A stretch of DNA of 64,000 nt from Okamejei kenojei (Eukaryota): positions 26,846,001 through 26,910,000 of the forward strand of contig CM069162.1 in NCBI GenBank assembly GCA_035221665.1. The letters are read 5' to 3'. The notes beneath the pieces were generated by a model, which saw only the letters and a program-made list of their open reading frames with translations, searched no databases and was not told where the DNA came from. Positions 1 to 11,160 of the stretch are shown piece by piece. Numbering within the stretch: position 1 is the first letter of the stretch; every line of letters begins with the position of its first letter. The position numbers were made by a program, and so were the translations under genes.

Positions 1-228
1 TGATTGTATACCTCGTTGTCACCTTCCCCTCAGCTAACAATGAACTATTCTACATTTCCTTCTCATCATCTGCTTTGATCTGTCATTTTCAAACCTTACT
101 GTTCCATATCCCTGGACTTCCTCTCCCCTGACTCTCAGTCTGAAGAAGGATCTTGACCCAAAATATTACCCATTCCTTCTGAGATGCTGCCTGTCCCACT
201 GAATATTCTTGTTTTTTGTGTCTATCTT
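1..228 (+). mobile_element. Penelope-like element 3'/pLTR-derived fragment (degenerate)
   Basis: Contains CAGTCTGAAGAAGGATCTTGACCCAAAA...GAGATGCTGCCTGTCCC...TTTTGTGTCTA, the motif repeated many times in this window. Confidence 0.65.
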
Positions 229-881
229 TATGGGTACGCGACAGTTAGGGTTGGGTCCCTTTTTCATACTGTGTCTGTGCTGTATAGCTCTATGAATCAT
301 GACACATTCAGTCCACAGAAATCTAATTATTCAAGTTATATTTTACACTAAGTTATTCAATCTTTATATGGCAAAACCTTTACAATAAGAAAAGGATACA
401 ATTTGATTATCCTTGCCTGTAATACAAACTTTGTGAGTAGCATACAAAGTCCCCAAATTCCTTTCAACACCAGCATCCACTCGCCTTTCAATAGATGTTC
501 TCCTTTTCTGTTCCCGCTACCCATTGTGAACAATTTCATACTTCCATACACCATCTGCCCCCTCTTTTGCCCAGTCATTCTCCATCAATTTGACGTCCAC
601 AATAATCTACTAGCCACAACCTGTGACACCGAAAGGGCCCACTTATTCATTTTAGGACTTTGCAATGATACAGCCCACGGTAGACGGAAGGGCGAGGGGG
701 GGAGGGGACACCCGGTGTGGATGAGGGGAAGACGAGACGCCTGGGAGTTACAGAGCCCGGGGGCGGAGCAGGTGTCGCCCCGGGAGTTTCTGCTTATCTC
801 CAGTGCGGGGATTGCTTTGTGTGAGCCACGCACACACACATATATCTATATACACAGCAGTGACAGCCGGCTGCCACTCAC

Positions 882-968
882 CAGCTCCTCTGGACTGCGG
901 CCCTCTCGCTCCCCGCAACAGCAGCGGCAGCAACAGCAGCCCCACGGCACACCTCGACCGCTCGCCAT
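882..968 (-). CDS. CLCN6: CLCN6 (H+/Cl- exchanger ClC-6) coding exon 1; gene continues beyond the left edge
   Basis: Minus strand reads MASGRGVPWGCCCCRCCCGEREGRSPEEL then a GTGAG donor. This matches the Cys-rich human N-terminus MAGCRGSLCCCCRWCCCCGERETRTPEEL (29 aa), and it is head-to-head with MTHFR as in human. Confidence 0.95.
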
Positions 969-1039
969 CGCCGCGCGCGTCACCCCGCCCCCACACACAC
1001 GTGACCGCTCGGGCCACCCAGACTGCCGTCACGTGCTGG

Positions 1040-1104
1040 GGACCGGCCTATCGCGGAGGAGGAGGAGGCCCCGCGCGGCTGGCGCGTGCCCGGTTGTCCG
1101 TTAG
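1040..1104 (+). other. MTHFR: Putative non-coding exon 1 of MTHFR (start approximate)
   Basis: Donor-like TAG|GTTGGG at 1104/1105 in the CpG island, divergent from CLCN6; alternative donors CAG|GTAGG at ~2045 and CAG|GTAAG at ~4645. Confidence 0.4.
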
Positions 1105-1177
1105 GTTGGGTTCGCGCGGGCGCGCGCTGGGACGGACTGAGGGAGCTCGAGGGTACACAAAAGCAAAAAGATTATAG

Positions 1178-1271
1178 CACAAAAGGCCGGAGAAACTCAG
1201 CGGGTGCAGCAGCATCATCATCTAAGGAGCGAAGGGGATAGGCGACGTTTCGGGTCGAGACACTTCTTCAG
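1178..1271 (-). mobile_element. Penelope-derived short element with hammerhead-like core
   Basis: Reverse complement reads CTGAAGAAGTGTCTCGACCCGAAACGTCGCC. Confidence 0.7.
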
Positions 1272-1439
1272 TCCCTGAGGGAGCTCGATCCGCGCGGCGC
1301 TGGTCAGCCAGCGAGTGGGTCGGAGCGGCCGTGGACGGGAGGGTCTGAGGGCATACGGTAACAACTATTAGCCGGACTGGCTGTAAGGGGGCCGTGGAGT
1401 GAACACGAGTGCTGGGAGAATGTTCTATTCATTCACAGA

Positions 1440-1710
1440 ACGGGTGGCGCAGCGGGTAGAGCTGCAGCGACGGAGACCCGGGTTCGATCCTGACCTCGGG
1501 TTCTCCCTGTGAGTGACCGCGTGGGTTTCCTTCGGGTGCTCCGATTTCCTCCCACATCTCAAAGGTGTGCGGAGTTGGAGGTTAATTTCCCTCTGCAAAT
1601 TGCCCCCTAGTTTGAAGGGAGTGGATGAGAAAGTGTGATCGGGTGATCGATGGTCAGGGTAGCCATGGTGGGCCGAAGGGCTTATTACCACGTTTTATCC
1701 CTAAACCTAT
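1440..1710 (+). mobile_element. tRNA-derived V-SINE (HE1-like)
   Basis: A box GGTGGCGCAGCGG, B box GGTTCGATCC, V-domain GGGTTTCCTTCGGGTGCTCCGATTTCCTCCCACA, CR1-like tail GGGCCGAAGGG. Confidence 0.8.
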
Positions 1711-2496
1711 CTAAGAACTCCGTATGAGTTTGCCCTGAAGGATGTGAAGTGTGGCATTGTGTAGCTAACTAATTTAACGTGAGTAACTCAGCCGGTTAGG
1801 CGACATCTGTGGAGAACATGAATAGACGACGCTTCGGGTCGGGTGACAACTCAGTCTGAAGAAGGGTCCGTCATTTCCCTCCACGGATAGTGCGTTTCTC
1901 ACCGCTTCGTGCTTTGTTCGAAAATATAAGATCCTTTTGAATTGGTTTGAAAGTCAAGTTGCGATTCTGTTCTGCGTCAATGGGAAGGCGCTCGTGGATT
2001 TCATAATGTCGAGGCGACTCGAAAACGTTTTAAACGATCCCACAGGTAGGTTGGGATAAAGTTTCTAAAATACTGACCTAACTAATGTTTCTAGGTCTGC
2101 TGCGAAACCGTGCCCCAGATCCCCTAAGTCCGACGGTGGAGTTACTGATTTTCCATCGCGACTGAAAAACATCAGACGACGACGATACCGACATGGATAC
2201 TTGTGAAATTAACGGACGAGTGAACTTGTACAACAGAGAAGGCTGAAGTGATTTTGGCAGGAAGCATATGGAAAGAATAAGTTTCATGGAATCAAGAACG
2301 CAATTTGTGCAAAAGACTTGGTTTATTTAGAAAGCGTCAGGGCAATCCTACTGAGAATGAACGTGGGGTGGGGTTTGGGGTTTATGAAATAGCCACGAAG
2401 ACAAAGGGGAGAAAGGCCGTGGAAGGTGCGAAGGACGAAATAAACACGAAGGTAGGAAATTCACGAGGTAGCCCAAATATATTTTTAAAAAGTTAA

Positions 2497-2680
2497 AGAC
2501 ACTGAAGCCTGCAGATACTGGAACCTTGAGCAAAACACAAAGTGCTGGAGTAACTCAAAAGGGTCAGGCAGAATCTCTGTGGAGGGCTGAATCTAAAGAC
2601 TCGTCCCAACCCGAAACGTATATATTTCCTCCACACGTGCTGCCTGACCTACAGAGTTCCTCCAACATTTTGTGCTTTGC
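2497..2680. mobile_element. Penelope-derived inverted pair (palindromic short element)
   Basis: ACAAAGTGCTGGAGTAACTC...GGTCAGGCAG pairs with CTGCCTGACC...GAGTTCCTCCAACATTTTGTG. Confidence 0.65.
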
Positions 2681-4077
2681 ACGAAGTTAACTATGTTTTT
2701 TTCCACAGCTGTTTCCTGACCAGCTGAGTGTTGAAACAACATTTCGTATTTCAGTTTCAGTTTCCCAGAATCGACACTTTTTGATTCAGTTTCAGATCCC
2801 CAGAATCTACACTGTCAAGCCTGTTCCTCAATTAGGAAGATGGTGAATTGTGTCCCAAGTCCACTTTGCTCTCTGCTTTCTCCTGGATATTCAAAAATCT
2901 GTTGATTTTGTAATTTCTACCCTTGAAGGGCTTTGAATCCTTGGCTATCCTTACATTAAAAACAAATCAATAAATTACAACTATCTTGACTGAAGGCATA
3001 TCTCATCAGCAGTCCTGAATGTTTGAGACCCCCCCCCCAAACATCTGACACAGTGTCATAGGTCTGTAAATGGAACACCATTCACTCTGTCAAACGTTTC
3101 AATAAGGCTGATTCTTAACTCCAGAGAGTAGAAACTCTCTATTCAATATCCCTAGGATAACCCCTTAAACACTTGAATCCAGTGAATGCAAATATAGAGG
3201 TCAAAACTGCACACTATATAATGTTGCTTGGAGTAAAGAAAGATTGGTTATGGGATAAATTGACAAAGGTGTTTAAAATGTGATTTTTTTTTAAAAATTA
3301 ACACAGGTTTGTGTTTATTCAATGAATTGTTTTGTGTTGTTAAAATCTCTTTTATTGTGGAGGTGGTTTTCAGATATTGCGATATGATTCGGTCCTGCTC
3401 TTGGTGCTCTCAGCTGGTGATCAAAATTGTGAACATCGGTGTATGCTTCTAAGTATAGAGGTTCTTCAGTCTTTGAGATTGAGTGCCTTGAGTTCAGCTT
3501 GCCATTCATTCTACAGCATGTCAGTTGCATTCTAGTCATGAGAGTTGGGTTTTCAACTGCCTCTGAATCTGCAGTGGGAGAGTCTGTGATTAGTTGTGTT
3601 GTGAAGTTAACCACATTTTACTTTCGCAGAACTCCAATTTGGTTCTAATTGGGAAAGCAGAGTGAAAAGAAAGCCAAAAGGAAAATGGAACGAGAGAGGG
3701 TAGGGACAGATGGGGAGGCTGCAATGGATTTTACTCGCATCGTATACTGATTTTGACCCTGCCAATTTTTTAATTGTAAAAACGAAACTTGAAGACATAT
3801 GATTCAAAAGGATGACTTAAGGAGTGTCATCAGAGAAGAGAAGGGAAGAGACTTGCATGGATATGAGGATTGGGGCTACTGGGTACAGTGAGGATGTCAA
3901 AGTGTCAAAGGGAACTGGCTGAGTATAATTGAAGGGAGACAGTGAGAACCAGGAGCTGGATGTTTAGTGTGCTGTGGGGATAAGGTCAGTGGTGTTGAGG
4001 AAAAATGATGAAGTTTGCAGTGTTAATCTCTGTCCTGAGATTGTTTCCTTTTGTTGTATGGATGTTATTTGAAAAGA

Positions 4078-4770
4078 TATAGGAAGGTTGCATGACAGTC
4101 GAAGTCACGACCCATGACCCGTACTGTTGCCACGCACCGCCTTCTAGAGTACACGCGGTGAACATCAGGTAAGCATTTACTATGGCAGCCAGTACAGACA
4201 AACGTTTTCTGTCCTAGCATCCGGACTCCACGCTGACTGGTTCTACACTCACGGACCCCGGGCTGTCTATCCCCGTGTGGGGGGGGGGGGGGAAGAGGAG
4301 GTCGGGGTGCCTGTGCAGCATGGTCAGTGACTCTGGGTGGGCGGAGGGACCAGACTGTCCCCAACTCTGCTGCAGCTGACGGGAACGTTGCGGGTTTTCG
4401 TCCCCGCGTGTCCGCTGCCCAGAGCCGCGGCCCTGCTCCGCCAGGCCCCGCAGGTCCACAATGGCCGGACAGTGTTGACCCCAGGGGGAGAATGGGGGCT
4501 GTCCTTGGGATCCGCTCCTTCGGCCGCTTACACCTTGGTGCTTGGGTTCAGAGCAAAGATACTAGAGCATTTGGTTAAGATTGCTCAGTCACCCTCCACA
4601 ATTATTTCCAGTGCAAAAATTGACTATTTCTGCGGTTTTTAACAGGTAAGAAAGTACGCGTTTTGTGTGTTAACAGTGTATGCCGGATGCTGCCATGTCC
4701 TCCAGTAGGATTGAGCTGCTCTGTGCGTCACGCCCTGTGACCCGATGACCTTACGCGCAACCCCCCTATA
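4078..4770. mobile_element. GC-rich non-autonomous DNA transposon with degenerate TIRs
   Basis: Left end TATAGGAAGGTTGC...GTCAC...TGAC; right end GTCAC...GTGAC...GCAACCCCCCTATA (inverted). Confidence 0.55.
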
Positions 4771-5195
4771 AATGGTGGCATAGGAGTGGGAATCTGACTA
4801 ATTGGCTGGCAGTGATTGCCATTATTGCAACCACAACCCAATCCTAGGTCTTACACCCCTTTACTACCCCCCACCCATCCCCATTCCAGTCTCCCGTTGA
4901 AGCTTTCAGGAGAGACAGATATGAGGAAGTCACGTATCAGTCTTGATTCCATCAAAAGGCTGAATTTACTTGAGAAATGAATTGGCTTACGGTTCAAAAA
5001 AGTGGCAGTTGCATCACATCCGGTTTGAAAATTCAAAATTCTTCATATAAATGGCAACATAATTCAGATGCTTATCAAATGTAAGATCTGTCACCAATTG
5101 ATCAGTTTTGAGGATTCTGGGGCATCTGAGAGTCACATTTACCTGGTGGAAATATGTGTGATGTGAAGGAGTAAAATGGTGACATGTATTTTGCT

Positions 5196-5249
5196 GGGGT
5201 GGAAGATTGCAACCTTCACGTGGTCCGCCCTGTTTCAACTAATGCAATC
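5196..5249 (+). ncRNA. HDV/CPEB3-like self-cleaving ribozyme fold (minimal P4)
   Basis: P1 GGGGTGG/CCGCCCT with G.U at position 1; P2 GATTGCA/TGCAATC; P3 ACC/GGT; L3 TTCACGT; J4/2 CTAA. Confidence 0.75.
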
Positions 5250-5334
5250 AACTCGACGTGCACAAACGGAAGATCAAATAGAACAAGTTGTGCAACAACT
5301 TTTAGCTGTGCACGCCACACGAAAGAAGAAGAAG
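5196..5334 (+). mobile_element. Short non-autonomous retroposon (Vingi/RTE-type tail) with HDV-like ribozyme head
   Basis: TSD ATGTATTTTGCT (5184-5195) / ATGTATTTTTCT (5335-5346); (GAA)n tail; second copy at 60524-60650. Confidence 0.85.
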
Positions 5335-5720
5335 ATGTATTTTTCTATCCTAGTTAGTCCAGCAGTGAGAAGAGATTCTGTTGGGACTACAACACCTTTG
5401 ACTACAGCTCTTCAAAGTCGGGAGTGTACTTCAAAGTGTATTGTAGATAGCCTTAATTTCCAGTTGATCAACAATAACCAGTTAAAGATTAGGGGGGAGT
5501 TAAAATTGTCTTCCTGATTCTTGGCTTGGACCACTATGTGGATCAGAAGTAGGGAATATGCGAGGTGCAGATTCACTGTGTCCTTGGATGACCCATTGCC
5601 AATTACCAAACAAGTTGTGTGCTAATGCACCATTTCCTTCTGCTACTTATTGCATGAGAGTAACAGTTCCAATTAATTAAGGAGCTGGATTTTTTTGTTT
5701 TTGTTTGCAGATAACTAGTG

Positions 5721-5938
5721 ATGCTGATCGAAGGACATAAAGGCATGGGGCGTGTGTCCAAATCTGATGAGGGTTCCAGAGATGGTTCGAGGGGAAGTTC
5801 ATGCAGTTCAACTCCTCTGGCTGACACCGATCGACTCAAGGATAAAATGCGCCTCCGTATTGAATCAAGAGACATCTGGTTCTCCCTGGAGTTTTTCCCT
5901 CCGCAAACGGCCAATGCTGCTGTTAATCTGATCTCCAG
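5721..5938 (+). CDS. MTHFR: MTHFR coding exon 1 (acceptor at 5710/5711)
   Basis: [19 protein letters not shown]...SSTP...[21 protein letters not shown]; AG|GT donor. Confidence 0.93.
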
Positions 5939-6600
5939 GTGAGGCTGGTCATGACCGGGTATGTTAAAGCTCAAGAGAAGACTTGGCTTGGTGATGAGTC
6001 TGACTGTTTTATTTATTTATGGAGTCTGGGTATCACTAACAATCCCAGTTTCATTGTCCATCCCTAAATGGTCCAAAGGTGCAGATTCATTGTGCATTGG
6101 ACATATACAGTAAAATGGCAAAGAACTCAGGACTGTTGATGTGCAGAGGGATCTCGGGGTGCAAGTTCAGCTCCAAGAAAAATACACTACAGGTGGATAG
6201 GGTCATGAAGAAGGTAATTAATGCAGAAGAGATTCATTAGGTTGATGCTTGGAATGTAGGGCTTTAAGTTGGGAGAGATTGTTTATTCTCACTTGAACAT
6301 GGGAAGCAGGGACAACCTTATATAAGCTTATGTAATTGAGGGGCATAAATTGGAGAGATGGTCAGAAACATGTTGGCAGAAACATCACAATTGAATACAT
6401 TTTTACTTTGAGACGTTGGAATTATTTTTTTAATTACTTGATGACTATTGAGGGTAACCATCCCATTTTTACCAACCGCTGATGCAGGTCAGTTTACTGG
6501 ACAGATGAATGATCCTCCTGCATCGTCAAATGTTGCATACTTGGGATTTTGCAATAGATTCTGTGTTGTAACTTGTTGACTGTGACCTTTGCTTGGTTAG

Positions 6601-6839
6601 GTTTGACCATATGGCTGTTGGTGGGCCACTCTTCATTGATGTAACCTGGCACCCTGCTGGGGACCCAGGTGGTGACAAAGAGACATCTTCTATGACCATT
6701 GCCAGTACAGCAGTAAATTATTGTGGCCTAGAGACACTGTTGCACTTAACCTGCTGTAACCAAACCAAGGATCAGATCACACAGCACCTGAAGAAGGCTC
6801 GTAGCCTTGGACTGAAGAACATATTTGCACTTCGTGGTG
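6601..6839 (+). CDS. MTHFR: MTHFR coding exon 2
   Basis: [52 protein letters not shown]...LKNIFALRG; 239 nt, canonical splice sites. Confidence 0.97.
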
Positions 6840-7381
6840 GTAAGAAATTGAACAATGTTCTGCTTTTCACTTTTTCTGTAACTCATTTCCTCCTCCTCTT
6901 GTCACCCACCCCACCTCCCAGCCATTTAACAGAGAATCTCAAGGCTCAGTGTGAGGGCACGAATCCAGCCTTTCCATTGTCTATATTAATTCTAATGTCC
7001 ATGGATATAGCAAAGATGATTGTCAAAAGAAACTCAGGCTTGTGATTAAAACTGCTTTCTGTGGCATTTTCCATATGTTATCCTTTCATATTCTTCAATC
7101 TGTGAGGTATAGTTATTTTTCTATTGGACCTGTTAGACAAATAACATTGGGGAGGGGCAACTATAGACCCCATTAATTTGAAATATTTGTCACCTTCCTG
7201 TAAACAATACCATCACAGTTAAACACTGTTTGCTGCAGAGTTGGCCCTGTGTTAAATAAATTAAATATGATAGTCTATTCTGCATTTTTCCACGTTGACA
7301 ATGAAAGGTAGAATGAAAACCCAAAGTTCAGAGTTAATGGGATGTACGAGTCAGTAACACATGCTGTTTTGCATTCTTTAG

Positions 7382-7492
7382 ATCCCCTGGGTGATGAGTG
7401 GAAGACTGAAGAAGAAGGATTTAATTATGCCAGTGACTTGGTCAAACACATTCGCTGCGAGTTTAATAACTATTTCGACATCTGTGTGGCTG
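7382..7492 (+). CDS. MTHFR: MTHFR coding exon 3
   Basis: [37 protein letters not shown]; 111 nt. Confidence 0.97.
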
Positions 7493-7588
7493 GTAAGCGA
7501 AGCTCTGCAAAAAAAGTTTTTTTTTTGTATCTCCGTCTTGATGTCTGTCTTGAGGCAAGATGCTGATTTAAATGTGGTTTCATTGTAG

Positions 7589-7782
7589 GTTACCCAACTG
7601 GGCACCCTGATTGTGGCAGTTACAAGGAGGATCTCAGACATCTGAAAGTAAAGACAGATGCTGGCTCAGACTTTATCATCACCCAACTATTCTTCAAACC
7701 TGAGACCTTCCTAAAGTTTTATACGGACTGCCGTGCGATAGGAATTACTTGCCCCATTCTGCCAGGGATATTTCCCATTCAG
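7589..7782 (+). CDS. MTHFR: MTHFR coding exon 4
   Basis: [36 protein letters not shown]...[10 protein letters not shown]; 194 nt. Confidence 0.97.
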
Positions 7783-7945
7783 GTATAGTGGTCCTAGAGC
7801 AAGCCTTTCCAGCTGTGCCTTTGGTGATATACCTTGAGATTCCAGAGCAATAACATCACCCAGTTTGTTGTAGTGCAGTACAATGCTTCTTGTGCTGGTA
7901 CAACTACTGCTATTAATCTCATTCTTCTCATACCTTGTGTGACAG

Positions 7946-8196
7946 AGTCATCACTCACTGCGACAACTGGCCAAACTCTCCAAGCTGCAGGTTCCACAGG
8001 AAATCAAAGATGTCATTGACCCAATCAAGGATAATGATGATGTTGTTAGAAACTATGGTATTGACTTGGCCACTGATATGTGCAGGGTTCTACTGAAGTC
8101 GGGGTTGGTGCCAGGGCTCCACTTCTACACCCTGAACCGAGAGGTGGCTACTGTTGAGATTTTGAAACGACTCGGACTGTGGACTGAGGACCCTAG
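7946..8196 (+). CDS. MTHFR: MTHFR coding exon 5
   Basis: [31 protein letters not shown]...[10 protein letters not shown]...WTEDPR; 251 nt. Confidence 0.97.
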
Positions 8197-8512
8197 GTGG
8201 GCTTGAACAAACAATTTAATCACGCACATGATTGCTACAACTCGCCGCACTTAAGATTAATGGCCCAACTACACAATTTGTTAAATATTACTTAAATTCT
8301 ACATGTACGTGCTGCCCCAGTTTATTAACTTGCATTGTTGATAAAAGGATACCATATTTATTTTCTCTGTAGAGATTATTGCTTTACTATGCTGGTGCTG
8401 TAATTGTGCTCGGGAACTATTTGGATATTTCCCAGCTTTGGACCATTTTTTAAAAGGCTCACGGCATAAATTGTGTGCAAACATTTTAATTGTTAAATTT
8501 TTGCATTTGTAG

Positions 8513-8647
8513 GCGAGTGTTGCCATGGACCGTCAGTGCCAATCCAAAGCGAAAGATTGAGGATGTCCGACCAATATTTTGGGCTTCGAGGCAGAAGAGT
8601 TATATCTACAGAACTCAGGACTGGGATGAATTTCCAAATGGAAGATG
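8513..8647 (+). CDS. MTHFR: MTHFR coding exon 6
   Basis: [45 protein letters not shown]; 135 nt. Confidence 0.97.
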
Positions 8648-9321
8648 GTATAATCATAAATCATTACTGCACTCTTTTGACTGAACGACTGCGCTAAAGT
8701 GCAATACCAATATAGCTTATCATGCAAGGAAATTTACAGTTGTAATTAATTGGCATTATACCAATCTTGGATTTTGTCAGTGGTGCATGTGGAACATTCT
8801 CACTGTGTCAAAGAGAACAGCCTGAGCTGTGTGGAGAAGTTGGGCAGGCTAGGACCTTATTCCTTGGTGCACAGGAGGATTAGGGGTGGGAATAGATAGG
8901 GTGAATGAACAGAATCCAGGGTAGGGGAATCAAGAACGAATGGGCATGGGTTTGAGGCGAGAGGGGAAAGAAGTAATAGGAATTTGAGGGGCAACTTTTC
9001 CATACAGATGATGGGTATACGGTGTGAGCTGCCAGAAGAAGTAGTTGAGGGAGATACATTACATCAGTTTTGCATCTGTTCTCTGCAGCTCAGGCTGTTG
9101 AATCTTTCATTTTCATTTTTAAGAGGATGAGTATGGATTTCATTGTGGAATTCTCTCACAGATGTTAGTTTATTGAACAGCCTGCCTCCAATGTGGAGCA
9201 CTTAATTTTCTGATGAAACAACTGTAGAAAAGATATTTACTGATGAAATCAACTCAATTGGTGGCTTTGTTGTAACTATGTTACTCAGTGCCATAGTGGT
9301 ATGCTTTTTATTATATTTCAG

Positions 9322-9502
9322 GGGGAACTCATCATCTCCTGCATTTGGTGAGTTGAATGATTACTATATTTTCTATCTGACGAATAAATGTCCCAAGGAG
9401 GACCTGCTGAAGATGTGGGGGGAAGAACTGGTAGACGAAAATAGCATCTTCGATGTCTTCACAGCATATATCACTGGGCAGCCCAACAGCAATGGGATAA
9501 AG
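9322..9502 (+). CDS. MTHFR: MTHFR coding exon 7
   Basis: [19 protein letters not shown]...[16 protein letters not shown]...NGIK; 181 nt. Confidence 0.97.
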
Positions 9503-10108
9503 GTAATATAACGATAAGGACCAAATAAAAACAACCCAAAAGATTTATGAAAATAACAATTTTGTGACTAATTCCGAAGACGAGAGTTAAATTATAAATC
9601 CTGTAGGAGTTTCTGGAAACAATATTTTTAAACTAAATGTATAATGTATAATTTAATGATCATGTCTTTACTTTAAATTAATAAACACCTTGTGGAAAGC
9701 TGGGTATATGTGTTATTTTGTCATTGATTGGGATAAGATTTATTCTGCTAGCAGTTCACTAAATTTGACTAGAACATGACTTTATGTGACAAATGCAAAT
9801 GCACAAAATCTTGAATTCTGGAATCCAGAGGCAACTATTTTCACTGATCATGTTTCAAAAAGAGTGCAGTAACAATCATTCATGAGAGATGTACTCGGGT
9901 TCAGTTCTTTCCCTTTTATTCTTCCCTTCTCTCAATATCTATTCTCTCCCGGTAACATGGCAGCTGAGGTTTCACATGTAGCTAGTTAACTTGTCCAATT
10001 AAAGTAAGCCTGGCAATTTTCCATCTTAGAGGCTCAAGGGTCTAAACGGTCAAGCCAGTCCAGTTCTTAAATATAAATAAAACTCTGTATTTCTGGTTTG
10101 TACTTCAG

Positions 10109-10291
10109 GTGACATGCATGCCCTGGAACAATGATGCTCTGGCACTAGAAACATCCTTGATGAAAGAGGAACTGGAGAGGGTGAACCAAATGGGAATTCT
10201 CACCATAAACTCCCAGCCCAACATTAATGCTAAACCTTCAACTGACCCCATGGTGGGCTGGGGTCCTGAGGGAGGCTATGTATTTCAGAAG
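10109..10291 (+). CDS. MTHFR: MTHFR coding exon 8
   Basis: [17 protein letters not shown]...[12 protein letters not shown]...[12 protein letters not shown]; 183 nt. Confidence 0.97.
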
Positions 10292-10437
10292 GTAAGATTC
10301 CAATGACACTAAGAATAAAGAGATCCGTTTGAGATTTCATAAGTCCTTAATTTAGAAATAAGACCATGTGAAGATAGACCATGAGCATTGTTGCCTTTTT
10401 TTTAACCTTTGCTTTAATCTTGCTATTCTTATTTTAG

Positions 10438-10539
10438 GCATATCTTGAGTTTTTTACCTCCTCTGAAAATATATCTGCTCTGCTCAAAGTTCTGAAGAAA
10501 TATGAAATGCGTGTGAACTACCAGATTGTGAATGTGAAG
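10438..10539 (+). CDS. MTHFR: MTHFR coding exon 9
   Basis: [34 protein letters not shown]; 102 nt. Confidence 0.97.
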
Positions 10540-10735
10540 GTAAGGAGCTATCATCACCAGTACATGAACACCATAGAAACAAATTGATAACAGTCCAATT
10601 CATGGAGTAACATTATGCAGATTTCCAGATATGTTCAGATGCAGTATTCTATCCAATCTGACATGGCTAATTATGACTACAGCTGCTTTTGGTCAGATTT
10701 GTCATCTTACCTGTACCACTTGTGACCTTTCGTAG

Positions 10736-10855
10736 GGCGAGAATATAAATAATGCTTTCAATCTGCAACCGATTGCGGTTACATGGGGTATCTTTCCAGG
10801 ACGTGAGATAATTCAGCCCACAGTGGTCGACCCTATCAGCTTCATGTACTGGAAG
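10736..10855 (+). CDS. MTHFR: MTHFR coding exon 10
   Basis: [40 protein letters not shown]; 120 nt. Confidence 0.97.
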
Positions 10856-11160
10856 GTAATGAAAATTGAACTTTGTGGAGAATTTAATAAAAACAACTGG
10901 TTGCTTTGTAAAGAAGTGACAATATATAAATTTCATGTATTTTCGCTGCAATTGGCCTCAGCCCGTTATCTGTACGTGTGTGACAGTTCTCAATACAATG
11001 CTCTGGGATTTCTGACTTGGGGTCCTGACCTGAAATGTTGTATATCCATTCCCTCCACGGGTGCTGCTTGAACCACTGAGTTCCTCCAGCACTCTGTGCT
11101 TTGCTTGTTATTTTGAGTGGTTAACAAAACAGAAATATGGCATAACCTCCTTCCATTTGG

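Larger units (their letters stand above)
680..1400. promoter_or_regulatory. CpG island / bidirectional promoter of CLCN6 and MTHFR
   Basis: GC- and CpG-dense; GC box CCCCGCCCC at ~983-991; E-box/CLEAR-like CACGTGAC 998-1005 and GTCACGTG 1028-1035. Confidence 0.85.

Noticed and set aside
403-1177. 233-aa and 124-aa plus-strand ORFs
   Set aside because: By-products of the GC-rich CpG island and antisense to CLCN6 exon 1; no recognisable protein.
1440-1500. tRNA-like A/B boxes (also at 30650, 44045 and 58627)
   Set aside because: These are SINE heads followed by V-domain and LINE tail; no complete cloverleaf.
2078-2287. Minus-strand ORF as a candidate CLCN6 first exon
   Set aside because: The true CLCN6 N-terminus is at 882-968; this ORF has no similarity to it.
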